Shown: positions 9,830 to 23,962 of the stretch, in pieces
How the letters are laid out: each line of letters opens with the position of its first letter
Position numbering within the stretch: position 1 is the first letter of the stretch
NCBI GenBank assembly: GCA_964016885.1
Contig: CAXHJY010001687.1
Span: 62,001 to 126,000 of the forward strand
Direction: 5' to 3'
From: Eledone cirrhosa
Lineage: Eukaryota
Length of the DNA stretch: 64,000 bases
The notes under the pieces: model-generated
Told to the model about the DNA's origin: nothing
The model's database searches: none
The model's input: only the letters and a program-made list of their open reading frames with translations
Translations under genes and position numbers: made by a program

Positions 9830-11430
9830 GAGGGGAAGGATGGGCAGAATCAGAGCCACAAACGAAATGCTTTGTGGCATTTTCTCTTGCTCTTTGCATT
9901 TGGAGTTCAAATCCCGCTGAGGTCAACTTTGCCTTTCATCCTTACGGGCTTGATAAAATAAAGTACCAGTAATGCCTGGGCTCAATTTAATCAACTTTCC
10001 CTTTCCCTTCAAATTGCTGGCCTTGTGCCAAATTTAGAGACTGTTATTATAATTCGGGTGGTAAGGGCAGGGGGTGGGCAGAATTGGTAACATGTCAGAT
10101 AAAATGCTTTGTGGTAATTATTCTGGCTCTTTACATTCTGAGTTCAAATCCTGCCATGGTCAACTTTGCTTTTCATTCTTTCAGACTGGGGTTAATATAG
10201 TTGACTCTCCTCTTTCCATAAAATTACTGGTCTTGTGCCTAAATTAAAAACTTTTATTCTCATTTGGTCTTGTGTCTGTTTTTCCATGTTAGCATGGGTT
10301 GGTTGAGAATTTTTGAGGCAGGATGCCCTTCCTGATGCCAACTCTCATTTGTTTTTTCAAGGTACAGATCTTTGCATGCATAGCTGCTGATTTGCTGGAT
10401 CTCTATTTAAGCAGAACATAAATAAATATCACTGCCTGTGATGTAAAAGCAAAGAGAACAAACAAACGCACACACACATATATATGATGGGCTTCCTTAC
10501 AGTTTCCATCTACCAAATTCTGACATGGTATTTGTCAGCCCAAAGCTATAGAAGAACATGTTTAAGATGTCACATGTAGTAGGATAGAACCTAAATCCAC
10601 ATGATTGTGAAGCAAACTCTTAACCACACAGCTATGCCTGCACCCATATTATTATTATTGGGGGTGGTGGATTGGCAGTATTGATAGCGTCGTGCCAGAC
10701 AACATGCTGTGTAGCATAGAGTTACGGCCCTTTGCGTTCTGAGTTCCAATCCCGCTGGGGTCAACTTTTCCTGTCATCCTTACAGGATCGATAAAATAAA
10801 ATACCAGTAATGCACTGGGCTAGATTTAATTGACTTTCTCCTCCACTACAAATTGCTGACCTTGTGCTTAAAGTAGAAACTATTATTATCCTTTCTGGGT
10901 CGATATAAGTGCCAGTAATGCATTGGGGTTGATTTCATTGACTTTCTCTTTCCCTTCATATTGGTGGCTTTGTGTCAAAATTAGAAACATTATTATTAAA
11001 GCAGTGGATTAGCTGTTACATCATCGAACAAAATTCTTTGCAGTATTTAGTCATGGCTCTAGACATTCTGAGTTCAAAGTCACCTTTGCCTTTCGTCCTT
11101 TCAGGGCCGATAAAATAAAGTACCAGTGAAGTACTGGGGCCAATGTAATCTACTTTCCCCTCCCCACAAAATGATTGGCTTTGTGTCTATGTTAGAAATT
11201 ATTATTATTGAGGTTTGTGAATGGTAGAATCTGTAATGTAACAAGATTTAGTTACATACCCTAAATTCTGAGTTCAAATCCCACTGTAGTCAACTTTGCC
11301 ACTCATTCTTCCAGGGTCAATAAAATAAAGTCCTGGTGAAATACTGGAACCGATTTCATCAACATTCCCCTCTCCCCTAAAAATTACTAGCCTGCTGCCT
11401 CATTTAGAAACCATTGTTATTATTATTATT
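9830..11430 (+). mobile_element. Head-to-tail cluster of about six diverged tRNA-derived SINEs
   Basis: Repeated A-box-like GGCAGAAT, B-box GAGTTCAAATCC, body GGTCAACTTTGCCTTTCATCC...GATAAAATAAAGTACCAGT, each ending in (ATT)n. Confidence 0.8.
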
Positions 11431-11446
11431 ATTTATATATAAGTAT

Positions 11447-11614
11447 ATAAAGAAAGTGCTCAAGCACAGATATGCTATAAATATAGCTTATGAAATAGGG
11501 TGAAAGCCCTTAAAAATTGAGAAAAGAAGTTGCCATCGGCCACCTTTTAAGGGTCTTCACCATATTTTATGAGCTATTTTTATAGCATTTCTGTGCTTGA
11601 GCACTTTCTTTATA
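11447..11614. repeat. Short fold-back (about 65-bp arms) in TA-rich DNA; MITE-like
   Basis: TATAAAGAAAGTGCTCAAGCACAGA... versus ...TCTGTGCTTGAGCACTTTCTTTATA. Confidence 0.7.
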
Positions 11615-11640
11615 CATATATAGATATATATATATGTGTG

Positions 11641-11697
<57 letters not shown>

Positions 11698-12836
11698 CAT
11701 TTTATGTCCCAAATGCAAAGTATGGGTGCATAAAAGATGTAGTGGGATCACAGGCAAGCTAACTAAGAACACAGATTTTACATGTGGCCGGTGCTCTGGT
11801 GCAATAAATAGCAGCAAGTGCCCACAAAATACTAGCTCTTTCAATTGCACATAGGGTTCTATAGAAATAGTGGACAGCTTCCGTTACCTGGGTGACAAAA
11901 TCAGCAGTGGGGGAGGGTGCTCTGAAAGTACAGTAGCTAGAGTCAGAACTGGATGGAAAAAGTTCAGAGAGCTTATACCACTATTAGCCGCTAAAGGGTT
12001 CTCCCTAAAAATGAAAGGCAGGTTGTATGATGCCTGCATACGAACAGCAATGTTGCATGGCAGTGAGACCTGGGCATTGTGTGCAGAGGATATACGCAGA
12101 CTAGAGAGGAACGAAGCTTGCATGCTCCGCTGGATGTGTAATAGTAATATACGTGAACGGCAAAGCATAAACGAACTAAGGAAAAAATTAGAAATAAGAG
12201 GGATCAGATGTTGTTTACTCGAGAGAAGGCTACGTTGGTATGGTCACGTGATGCGCATGAAAGACGACAGCTGTATAACAAAGTGCAGGGCAATAAAGAT
12301 AGATAGTAGCCACGGAGTAGGCAGACCCAGAAAAACCTGGAACGAGCTGATAAATTCCGACCTCACACACTTACACCTCTCCAAGACAATGTCACTAGAC
12401 CGAGACCTTTGGCGGTACTCAGTAACAGAGAAGACCCGCCTTACCTAAATACAAAGTAAAACCTACTACAGTCAGTAGGCATCTCTAACAAAACACACCC
12501 CCGTCCCACCACCCCCACCCCATCCACACCGCCCCTTTCAATGCAAAGTTATGTTGGTGCCACAACATCCAGGCCGAAACAAATAAGATCGTGTAGGTGT
12601 CACGACAAAAAACACACAGGCCACGCTGTAATGTGGCCGTGTAGGCAACACGGTAAAAACCTCCCAGTCCAACACTGTAAATGTGGTTGGTGTTAGGAAG
12701 GGCATCCAGCTGTAGAAATCACGCCAGACAGTCCTATGTGAGCAAGACAACCACTCTTGCCTCAAGTGGGAAAACCCCCGTCCAAACCCATGCAAGCGTG
12801 GAACATCGACGTTAAACGATGATGATGATGATGATG
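11698..12836 (+). mobile_element. 5'-truncated RTE LINE with (GAT)n tail
   Basis: ORF 11870-12448 (FRYLG..AMLHGSETW..RLRWYGHVMR..GRPRKTW); family 3' UTR; GAT tail. Confidence 0.92.
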
Positions 12837-12837
12837 T

Positions 12838-13160
12838 GAAAGGTGAGTAATATTGTAGAACAATAAAACTATGCATATATCAGATAAGTAGCACTCAGCA
12901 GTTGGTAGAACTGGAGTATATATTAAAGAAGAAATTAAAAGATGTTTAAAGAAGTTCCATATATTTTATTATGCGCATTTCGAAAATAACATCTTCCTGG
13001 GACAAAATTGTGTTCTCATCAGATAAAATAAGGTAACATGATATGAGGCCTATATATCATGTTACACAATTTTTGTCCCAGGATGATGTTGTTTTCGAAA
13101 TGCGCAAAATAAAATATATGGAACTTCTTTAACTGTCATTTAATTTCTTCTTTTATATAT
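12838..13160. mobile_element. Fold-back fragment of a Naiad-type pLTR, related to 43871-44100
   Basis: About 12920-13012 is inverted at about 13064-13158; clearly similar to the 3' pLTR of the 45242 element. Confidence 0.8.
12964..13028 (-). ncRNA. Hammerhead ribozyme (PLE-type, palindromic stem III)
   Basis: ttttat CTGATGA ...c GAAA tgcgca TA ataaaa. Confidence 0.75.
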
Positions 13161-13377
13161 ATATATTATATATTAAATGTATATATTATATATATATATA
13201 TGTATTATATATTATATATATATATATTATATATATATAGAGAGAGATATTATATATATATATATATTATATATTTTATATATATATATATATATTATAT
13301 ATTTTATATATATATATATATATAGATATTATATATATATATATATATATAGAGATATTATAGATTTTATATATATA

Positions 13378-13438
<61 letters not shown>

Positions 13439-13473
13439 TATTATATATATATTTATATATATATATAGATATT

Positions 13474-14091
13474 ATCCTTAGGGCATCAACATACGTTAAC
13501 CTTGGCCTTCCTCTTCTAGTGTGTCCATGTAGGGGCTCCCAAAGGAGTACTGAGTGCAATGTCAACTCTGGATGTCGGTGAGCATGTCCAGCTAACCTCA
13601 GTCTCCTCTGTGTCACTTTTGAGCTGACTTTTGGGATGCTCCCATACAGCTCTGAGTTTTTCATCCTCAGTGTATACTGATTAATGTTCAGAGCCATCCT
13701 CAGCATTCTCGTGTAGCACCCATCCACCATCTGAGTGAGTTTCTTGGTCAGTGTCCAAGTCTCAGACCCATACAGCAGCACAGACTCCACTACAGCAATG
13801 AAGAGGCGGACCTTCAGGTCTCTACGAAGGTCCGACTTCCACACCGATCTCAAGCTGTGGCACGCCGCCCAGGCCTTGCTCTTCCTCTCAACCACATCAT
13901 CCTCCGTATTCCCAATCTTTGCTCCCAAATACAGGAAGTCCTCAACCAATTCCAGCGGCTTCCCGCCTACATTAGTGATCCCCTCTGGCTTCTCAACATT
14001 CTCTACCAGGACATGGCAGCGAAAATGAGGGACAGAGACCGCTGGAGGGAACTCGTCCATGGATCTCGGGAATTTTACCCGCCTTAGATAG

Positions 14092-14092
<1 letters not shown>
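13474..14092. mobile_element. RTE-like LINE of a second family with 5' inversion (twin-priming structure)
   Basis: Minus strand 14005-13474 encodes FLYLGA..VLLYGSETWTL..RRLRLAGH..RGRPRLTYVDAL; plus strand 14007-14087 encodes the following C-terminus QDMAAKMRDRDRWRELV-stop, then a TAGA tail. Confidence 0.82.
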
Positions 14093-14124
<32 letters not shown>

Positions 14125-14291
14125 TTGTATAGATATAGAGAGATATTATATATATTTATATATATATATATAGATATTATATATATATATATAGATATTA
14201 TATATATATATGTAGATATTATATATATATATGTAGATATTATATATATTTATATATATATAGATATTATATATATATATGTAGATATTAT

Positions 14292-16440
14292 ATCATCATC
14301 ATCATCATCATTTTACGTCCGCTTTTCCCTGCTTGCAAGGGTGGGACGGGTCTTATTCAGCACAGCATCTCTCCACTCATCACGGTCCCTCGTCATCTCC
14401 ACCGTGAGCTTCAATGATCTGAGGTCTGTTCTCACCACCTCCGCCCATGTTTTTTGTGGTCTACCTCTACCACGTCTTTCTTCAACTGGCAATTCCTGGC
14501 ACTTCTTCACCCATCGGTCATCCTCCATGCGCATCACATGTCCATACCACCTCAGTCTCCTCTCCCGTACACTACATTCTATCCCTCTCAGACACAGTTT
14601 CTCTCTCAACACATTTATGCTGGGTCGTTCACGCACATTTACACTGCACATCCAACGGAGCATGCTTGCCTCATTTCTCTCCAGCCGTCGCATATCCTCT
14701 GAAGTTGCTGCCCATGTCTCACTACCATGCAGCATCGCGCTCCTCACGCAGGCATCATACAACCGGCCTTTCGTACGCAGGGAGAAACCCTTCTTCGTCA
14801 ACAGAGGAAGCAGCTCCCTAAACTTCTTCCAACCCGTCCTTATTCTAGATACTATGGCCTCGGAACACCCTCCTCCCATGCTAATCTGATCTCCTAGGTA
14901 CCGGAAGCTATCCACCACTTCTATAGCGCCCTCTTGCATTTGAAAAATGTGTCTATCAGTGCGACTTCTACTGTCTAATTTCCCTGTACATCTACTGCAT
15001 ACATATTTCTCCCTACCTGATAGTTTGCCTGCTATCCCGCTACATCTCTTGTGTACCCAGGATCTGCATTGTGTGCATTTTATAGAATTTATGCCAGTTC
15101 CTTTTCTGCATATCGAACATGGCCATTTCCGTGACGGAATCAGGGTTTTGTCCTCTTTTCTACTCATCAACACTTTTGTCTTAGCTAGATTCACTCTGTC
15201 CTCTTGCTTCCAACTGCTGTTTCCATAGCCAGAATTTATTCTCTAGCTCCTCTACTGATTCTGCTGTAAGAACCAGATCGTCAGCGTAGAGAAGTTCCCA
15301 TGGACAGCCAGTCTTAAACTCCTCTGTTATGGCTTGGAGGACTATAATGAACAAGAGCGGGCTGAGGACGAACCCTGATGTACTCCTACTTGTATCTGGA
15401 ATTCCTCACTAAACTCCATTCCTACCCTGACTTTACTGAGAGTACCTCTGTACAAAGTTTGCACTGTCCTCACATGCCATTCCTCAACACCTAGCTTCCT
15501 TAGGGACCACCAGATGACAGATCGGGGTACCCTATCAAAGGCCTTCTCTAGGTCAACAAAGGCTAAGTATAGTGGCTTATTCTTCTCTAAGAACCTCTCT
15601 TGCAATTGTCTCACCAAGAAGAGGGCATCTGTTGTACTCTTCCTAGGCACAAAACCAAACTGCATCTCATCTAGTTTGACCCTTTCTCTAATTAGTTGTG
15701 CTAAAATCCTTTCTGCCACTTTCATAACCTGATCTATCAGTTTTATACCCCTATAATTGCTCCTCTCCAAAGCATCCCCTTTACCTTTGTAGCAATTTAT
15801 GAGAATACTGCTGCACCAGTCTTTGGGTATGACACCACCATATATAGTCTGATTGATGATGCGTGCAACCAGTTTAGTGCCTACGTCCCCTGATGCCTTC
15901 AGCATCTCAGCAACTATTCCCGATGGTCCGGCAGCCTTACCATTTTTCATTTCCCTAATCGCCTCTTGGACCCTATATTCGTCAATCTCAATAGCTGGTC
16001 CCTCTGTTGGATCTACCAAGGGTAATTTCTCTCTCTCCCATTTGTTCTCCACATTCATCAGTCTCTCATAATGACATTTCCAGGCCTCCTTCTTTTGATC
16101 ATTTGTGACACTAAGTACACCGGCATCATCCCGGACACATTTATCTCCAACAACATCCTGATTTGCATTGACACACTGCCTTGCAATGTGGAACACCGCA
16201 CGCCTCTGATCTTCCCGTCGCAGAACATTGGCAAACCTCCTACTGTCTGCCTCCCTGCGTGCTAAGTACACCTGACGTCTAGCTTCTCTCTTAGTGGCTG
16301 TATATTCTTCCCTACTCCCACCCTTTTTCCAAGCCTTCCATGCTAGTCTTTTGTCTCTAATAGCCTTATCTACTGTGCTGTTCCACCACCAGGTCACTCT
16401 CTGTCTGGTTGGAGCTCTGCTCCAGCCACAGGTTTCATCA
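14292..16440 (-). mobile_element. 5'-truncated RTE LINE; RT nearly complete but frameshifted
   Basis: ORFs 15342-16397 and 14313-15194 (KGKGD..NYRGI, QFGF, FVDLEKAFDRV, GVHQGS; LYADD in the gap); (GAT)n tail at 14292-14310. Confidence 0.95.
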
Positions 16441-16515
16441 GTAGATATATATATATATGTAGATATTATATATATATATATATGTAGATATATATATATA
16501 TATATATGTTGATAT

Positions 16516-16550
<35 letters not shown>

Positions 16551-16876
16551 GATATTATATATATATATGATATTATATATATATATATATGATATTATAT
16601 ATATATATATATATAAGATATTATATATATATATATGATATTATATATATATATATATATATATAAGATATATATATATATATGATATTATATATATATA
16701 TATATATGATATTATATATATATATGATATTATATATATATATATATGATATTATATATATATATATATATATATATGATATTATATATATATATATATG
16801 ATATTATATATATATATATATATATATATGATATTATATATATATATATATGATATTATATATATATATATATATG

Positions 16877-16912
<36 letters not shown>

Positions 16913-16996
16913 ATTATATATATATATATATATATATATGATATTATATATATATATATATATATGATATTATATATATATATATATATATATATG

Positions 16997-17028
<32 letters not shown>

Positions 17029-17163
17029 ATATTATATATATATATATATATATATGATATTATATATATATATATATATATATGATATTATATATATATA
17101 TATATATATATATGATATTATATATATATATATATATATATATGATATTATATATATATATAT
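16441..17163. repeat. GAT-punctuated (TA)n minisatellite
   Basis: About 30 units of GATAT(TA)n. Confidence 0.9.
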
Positions 17164-18022
17164 ATGAAAAGGCCTTTTCAAAGACCCTCATGTATAGATA
17201 AGAAATGTATAACCTGTAAAATAAGCCCCCATATTAACTGTAAAACTAGAAATGTAGTGTATAGCATAAGATGTACTGAAGGACAATGTAGAGACAAAAA
17301 TATAGTGTACATAGGTGAGACAGCTCGTAGTGTAGGGGAACGGATAAATGAACACTGGCGAGACCTTCAAGATAATAAAGAATCATCTGTACTCTACCAA
17401 CATGCTAAGATAGAACAGAAGGGTAAATTAGAGAAAATAAAAATAGAATCTACACACAGAAAAGATGCAATGTTTAGACAAATTACAGAGGCAATAAACA
17501 TAAAAGAATTACAACCAAAATTAAATAGAAAATATGAGTGGAACAGCAACATCACAACTTACAATTAAGGACAAAATGAAAACACACACACATAGAACAA
17601 ACAACCAACCAATAACATGTAAATAAATAAATAAATAAACAAATAGATAAATGAACATAAACACACACAGACACCCGGATGTGGCGCATGCGCAAACTGA
17701 GCACACAACACACACACAGAAACAAAATGGCATAGGACAGAACAAAGGAGAGGCACAGAAACAAAGAAAGGAATCCCCAGTCACTGAAGAGGTCACAGAG
17801 TGTGTGACGAAAGGACTATGACTATATATAAACAACTATCTGGTTGTGGAACCAACCAACCAACCAGAAATTTATAAATTTATAAATATATAATAAATTG
17901 AAGTGAAAGCAACTGGTGTGTGTGTTTCTTATTGGCAACATGACCCTCCCAAAGTATAACAATATCGGTTTCAACACACGATTTCAGATAAAGAATCTTG
18001 CTAAACAAATTCAGAAACGAAA
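17164..18022 (+). mobile_element. PLE 3' fragment (Cys linker, GIY-YIG, pLTR); same family as 26220-30451
   Basis: ORF 17164-17568 CITC..NVVYSIRC..VYIGET.RS..ER..EH..RQITEA; 3' UTR nearly identical to 30060-30451. Confidence 0.9.
17779..17823 (+). ncRNA. Minimal hammerhead ribozyme
   Basis: agtca CTGAAGA g gtcac-agagtgt-gtgac GAAA ggac TA tgact. Confidence 0.75.
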
Positions 18023-18029
18023 TATATAT

Positions 18030-20828
18030 ACTCTTTTACTCTTTTACTCTTTTACCTGTTTCAGCCATCCGGCTGAGGCCATGCTGGGGCACCGCCCTTG
18101 TTCCTACACATTTTATCTCCAGCCTGTATAGGTTGGCCACTGGTGTAGGAGGGAGTTTGTTGCTGCTGCCCTTAGGTTTCCCTCGTGTCTTGCTGTGGGC
18201 TCATCCGGGATCCACCTCCACGTCATGCAAGTCTCTCAGATGCCTCGGCAGCCTGTTGAAGAGTTGAGGGCCCTTGAATCCCAGTCTATTGCAATACCTG
18301 CTCCTTATTCTAGATGTGGAAGACGGGACCTTTGGCACCACACAGTGACGTCCTGTTCGACGGTTGGTCCAGCTCCCAATGCCAAAGTTTGGTGCTAGTC
18401 CCTCCAGGATTTTCCACATGTAGATCACTGCGTATCTCTCCCGTCTTCGCTCCAAGGAGTAGAGGTTCAGTTCCTTTAGCCTCTCCCAGTAGCTTGTCTC
18501 CCTCATCTTGGCAATCCTCTTGGTGTAGCTTGGCTGGATTGCCTCAAGCTCCGTGGTTAGTTTGACACTATGAGGTGACCACAACTGGGAGCAGTAGTCC
18601 AGGCGGCTTAGGACAAAAGTCCTCCACAGTGTCAACATGGTGTCTCGATCTCTTGTCCGGAAAGTCCTCAAGATCCAGCCAGCGAGTCGTCTGCATGTTG
18701 TCGCCACTTTCATGATGTGTGAAGAAAAAGATGCATCATCGCTCATGTCTATGCCCAGGTCTCGTATCGATTTTGACACGGGGATATCGGTCCCTCCTGG
18801 TCCTGTGTAGCTGTGTTCCACTATATTTGTGTTTGCAGGTTTGTATTGTAGGGCTTGGAATTTGCCAGCATTAAACTGCATGTTGTTTTCTTCCGCCCAT
18901 CTGTATATGGCATCCACATCCTGCTGTAAAAGGGCAGCGTCAGCCGGGTTTTTGATTGCCTGTGCTACCTTAGTGTCATCAGCATAGCTAGTGAGGGATG
19001 TTGTTGCATGCACCACAGAGGGCATGTCCGAGAGAGCCACCAAAAACAGTAGTGGTCCCAGGACTGTCCCCTGGGGCACTTGTTATCGGTGTTTCCCTCG
19101 AGAGGGCCCCATTTGCTGCGACTGCCTGGCTTCTGTCCCTTAGGAAGCCATGCAGCCACTCACCTACTTTTCCAGTTATGCCGAGTCCGTGTAGTTTGTG
19201 ACATATCATTCCGTGGTCGACCTTGTCAAAGGCCTTCGCAAAGTCAAGATATATCACGTCCACATGTGAGCTGTCTAGTAGTTGTCTCAGTACCCAGTCG
19301 TAGTGATGTAGCAGCTGTGTAAGGCAGCTTCTTCCTGGGCGGAAGCCATGTTGCGTGCTAGTCAGGCAGTCATTTTCTTCGAGGAAAGTGATTAGTTTCT
19401 TTCTGACGACTCGCTTCATGACCTTACTGATATGCGATGTCAGGGAGACTGGCCTATAGTTCTTGGCCAGCTCTACTACCTCCTTTATGGATAGGGCATA
19501 TTATGCCTTCTTTCAGCTCCCTGGGTAGTACACCGCTAGCCAAGGAGCTTCTGAAGAGCATCTTCAGTGGAGTTGCTAAGGCCCGCTTACATATTTTTAG
19601 GAGAACTGCTGGGAATCCATCAGGTCCAGCAGCCGAGTCTGTTCTAATTTCATCAATGGCGTACACCACATCCTCCTCCGTTATGTCTATGTGGTTGATG
19701 GTTGCCATTTCTTGATGTAGTGTTGTGGCATCAAAGAACTCCTCTGGCTTCGTTATTTGCATGTGCCTCAGTGGACATGTGAAGACACTTTTGTACTGTT
19801 CGTTCAGTATTTCATATATCTCTTGGGGATTTTCGGTTAATGAACCGTCCGTGTGGAAGAGTGGCCCAATCTTGCAGTGTACTGAGGCAGTTTCTTTTGC
19901 AAATTTAAAGAAGGCCTTAGGGTTTGTTTTAATGTTTTCTATGGCCCTGTTCTCTTTCTTTGCCCTCTCATTCTCATGTGAAAGTTTGAGTGCAATCTCG
20001 GTGTCAAGTAGTGCACGTTTCAAATAGGATTCCTTCTTGTTTTTGTTTTGTTGACTATTCAACTGGTTTGAGAGTTTAGTTCTACGTCTCATAAGGATTT
20101 TCCTATCTCTGGGAATAAGATTTTTGTGTCTGTTTGCCTCTTTCTCCGGGACACACTTTTTGCATATGGTGTGTATCGTTGTCATGATGTGTTGAAATTG
20201 TGTGTTAGTGTCTTGTGTGGCGGTGTTTTCACTCCATGTTTGCTTCCGGATTTCACTCTTAATCTTTTTCCAGTTAGCCTTGTAGAAGTTAAGGTTGGAT
20301 AGCGTCCCGGAGCTTCTTGGTGGTTTTGTCTCTGTTGGTTCTCTTGGACCACATATCATTAGCTCTACTAAGTTATGATCCGAGTGAATTGTTGGTGTCA
20401 CCTTTACATTGTGGATGAGCACTTCGTTGTTTGTAAAACAGAGGTCCAGGACATTTTCGCCTCTTGTTGGGAGGAGTATTGCTTGCTCCATGAACAGCCT
20501 GTGTGTGAGGGCCAGCAGGGATTCCGTCTGTCTCTGTTCTATTGATGTCATTCCAGGGAGGAGGTGGCCCTCAGGCCATTTGACCTTTGGTAGGTTGAAG
20601 TCTCCCAGCAGTAGGATGTTGAGACCCTGGTCCAGTTTGTCAAGGACCTCTTCTATCCTACTTAGGCTATCCTCAAATTTACCCTCATGACTGGGGGTAT
20701 CGGGCGGCTGATATGTGACACATATTACTGTCTGTAGTTGCTTCATATGTATTATCAGTGTGTCACAGACTGAGTTTGAATGTGTCAACAGTACAATTGG
20801 TGTGACATCTTCACGGATATACAGGGCA
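18030..20828 (-). mobile_element. 5'-truncated CR1-type LINE (APE and RT, frameshifted)
   Basis: ORFs 19454-20788 (LGDFNLP, LDLCF, SDHN), 18988-19419 (QHGFRPGRSC, YLDFAKAFDKV), 18201-19079 (PQGTVLGP, YADD, LYSLERRRER); (GTAAAAGA)n tail at 18030-18055. Confidence 0.93.
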
Positions 20829-21023
20829 ATATATATATATTTATATATATATATATTTATATATTTATATATATATATTTATATATATATTTATATATAT
20901 ATATTTATATATATATTTATATATATATATTTATATATATATATATTTATATATATATATTTATATATATATATTTATATATATATATATTTATATATAT
21001 ATATATTTAGATATATATATATT

Positions 21024-21162
<139 letters not shown>

Positions 21163-21165
21163 ATT

Positions 21166-21251
<86 letters not shown>

Positions 21252-21370
21252 TTTATATTTATATATTTTTATATTTATATATATATATATATATAATACA
21301 TACATACTTACATATATAAATATATATATTTAGATATATATATATATTTAGATATATATATATTTAGATA

Positions 21371-22011
21371 TACTGCTCAGAAGTGATTCCTAGAGCTGAA
21401 ATGATTGTAAATGACCTCTTTGAGTCTAAACTCTAAGCTATTTATCACTGCTCCCCCAGGTGAGCTGAATTTTGTAATCCCATATAAACGGCTGTTATTT
21501 CTAGCACTATGTGTGGGACGTTAGAGGACTGGAATAAGCCGTGTGCAAAACCTTGTGTATTTTCGCTACGCTAACCAGACCTTAGATATTTTTCTGAGGT
21601 TGAGTTATTTTATTTTTATCTGGGTACCTATTGATAAACACAGAAAAAGTTGATTAACTCACTGCTAATTAGTTAATTATTTTACTATTATACCATCCTT
21701 TGTGAAACATGTTTGAAGTTTGAAGTTCTGACCGATCTGCGGAAAAAGTTTGTATTTTGAATTTTAAACGTGTCTAGGTACCAATGCTTTTTGCCCATAT
21801 GAGTCTGTGAGTATTGATTTATTATTTTCTAGATCGTACAGGCAGACCTTATGTTGTTGAATTAAGATTTTTCACTCTAGCGATCTTATTAGTCAATTGC
21901 AACTATAACATGTAAATGTTCATCAAATATTAATTTATACTGCTCAGAAGCGATTCCTAGAGCTGAAATGATTGTAAATGACCTCTTTGAGTCTAAACTC
22001 TAAGCTATTTA
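21371..22011 (+). mobile_element. Retrozyme-like non-coding element, 567-nt unit (about 1.13 units)
   Basis: Direct repeat 21371/21938 (period 567); no ORF in the track; internal hammerhead; (TA)n both sides; second copy at 30488-31335. Confidence 0.82.
21623..21782 (+). ncRNA. Hammerhead ribozyme, U3-A8 core variant with long stems II and III
   Basis: ggtaccta TTGATAA acacag...ctttgt GAAA catgttt...aaacgtg TC taggtacc; 8-bp stem I; stem III extends about 17 bp with G-U pairs. Confidence 0.78.
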
Positions 22012-22193
22012 TTTAGATATATATATATTTATATTTATATATATATATATTATATATATATATTATATATATATTTATATATATATATATATTATATATA
22101 TATTTATATATATATATATTATATATATATATATATTATATATATATTTATATTATATATATATTTATATATATATATTTATATATATATATT

Positions 22194-22227
<34 letters not shown>

Positions 22228-22282
22228 ATATATATATATTTATATATATATATATTTATATATATTTATATATATATATATT

Positions 22283-22321
<39 letters not shown>

Positions 22322-22326
22322 ATATA

Positions 22327-23140
22327 TCATCATCATCATCATCATCGTTTAACGTCCATCTTCCACGCTTGCATGGGTTTGGACGGGAGTTTTCCCACTT
22401 GAGGCAAGATTGGTTATCCTGCTCGTATAGGACTGTCTGGCGGGTTTTCTACTGCTGGATGCCCTTCCTAACACCAACCACGTTTACAGTGTGGACTGTG
22501 TTTTTTTTTGTCGTGACACCTACACGACCTCATTTGTTTCGGACTGGATGTTGTGGTACCAACATAACTTCACATTTAAGGGGGAGGGGTATTTTGTTAG
22601 AGGTGCCTACTGACTGTTTGGTTTCGCTTTGTACTTAGGCAAGGCGGGTCTTCTGTATAACTGTGTAGCGCCAAAGTGACATTGTCTTGGAGAGGTGTAA
22701 GTGTGTGAGGTCGGAATTTATCAAGTCGTCCTAGGTTTTTCTGGGTCTGCCTACTCCGTGGCTACTGTTTATTTTTATCGCCCTGCACTTTTTTATACAG
22801 CTGTCGTCTTTCATGCGCATCACGTGACCGTACCAACGTAGTCTTCTCTCGAGTAAACAACATCTGATCCCTCTTATATATATATATATATACATCATCA
22901 TCACCACCACCACCATTTAATGTCAATTTTCTACGTTAGCATGGTTTAGACAGGTTGTCCTATTTGAGGCAAATTGAGGTCAGATGACCTTGTCTTGCTC
23001 ATACAGAAATGGTTTTGGCTTGGTTTCTATGGCTGGATGCCCTTCCTATTGCCACATTTACAGTGTGGACTGGGTGTTTTTTGTTGTGACACTTACACGA
23101 CCAAATGGACTGGATGTACTGTGGTATCAACATAACTTTA
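22327..23140 (-). mobile_element. Two short RTE 3' fragments (22327-22875 and 22893-23140)
   Basis: (CAT)n tails on the plus strand; reverse complement of the 11698 family 3' end; RRLRWYGHVMR. Confidence 0.85.
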
Positions 23141-23459
23141 CAGAGAAATATATTTATATAATAAATTATACCTAAATATATATATAACCAGTTGACTTAA
23201 GAAGCATTGAGATAATTTCCAACTTGAAATGTGTGCATTCAAACACAAATAACTAAAATAGTCAATTACATATATACAAATATATATATAATTATACCTG
23301 TATATAGTTGTTTTATAATCTAGGTTAGTTGATTGTTACTGTTGAATTATAATAACCACACACGTTACACACCCACAACACACAGTACACCTTCACCTAC
23401 TTATATACTGTACATATCAGTACACATTACCTCACACACACGCTATACACACACTATAA

Positions 23460-23790
23460 CTCACTGGGAAGAAAAACTTAACTCCTCATCTGTAACAACA
23501 ATGGAGATAAAGGTGAGCAAGGCACTACCCCTGGAGCAGATACAAACTATGCAGTGTGGAAATGCCTAAACAGACTAAGATCTGGTGTTGGACGTGCAAA
23601 AGTCACTCTTGCAAAATGGGGATATTTAAAGGATGGGGACGTTGTGGGAGACTGGCATTGAACTAGACTACACAGTACCTCCTGATATGCCCCCTGCACA
23701 GCATTGGACTAGGCAGAGTTTAATGAGAAAGGACAGCAATGTGTTTAGCTGTGGCAGAACCACATCTAGCCAAGCTTTGTAACCGACACT
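23460..23790 (+). mobile_element. Degraded 3' fragment of another non-LTR element (Vingi/Ingi-like C-terminus)
   Basis: Reads LNRLRSGVGRAKVTLAKWGY...YLLICP, a C-terminal zinc-knuckle region; frameshifted. Confidence 0.55.
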
Positions 23791-23962
23791 CTTGTAGACA
23801 CAAGAACTACAACCACACATACACCTTCCTATACAGTGTATGTATATCACTAGACACTCACCACAGCCACTACACCAACCTTTACAGTGTATATATCATT
23901 ATACACTCACCACCACCACTACAACCTATACAGTGTATATATATCACTATCCAGGGTATATT

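Noticed and set aside
16441-17163. CRISPR-like regular array
   Set aside because: Only TA-length variation between GAT punctuation; no unique spacers; eukaryotic context.
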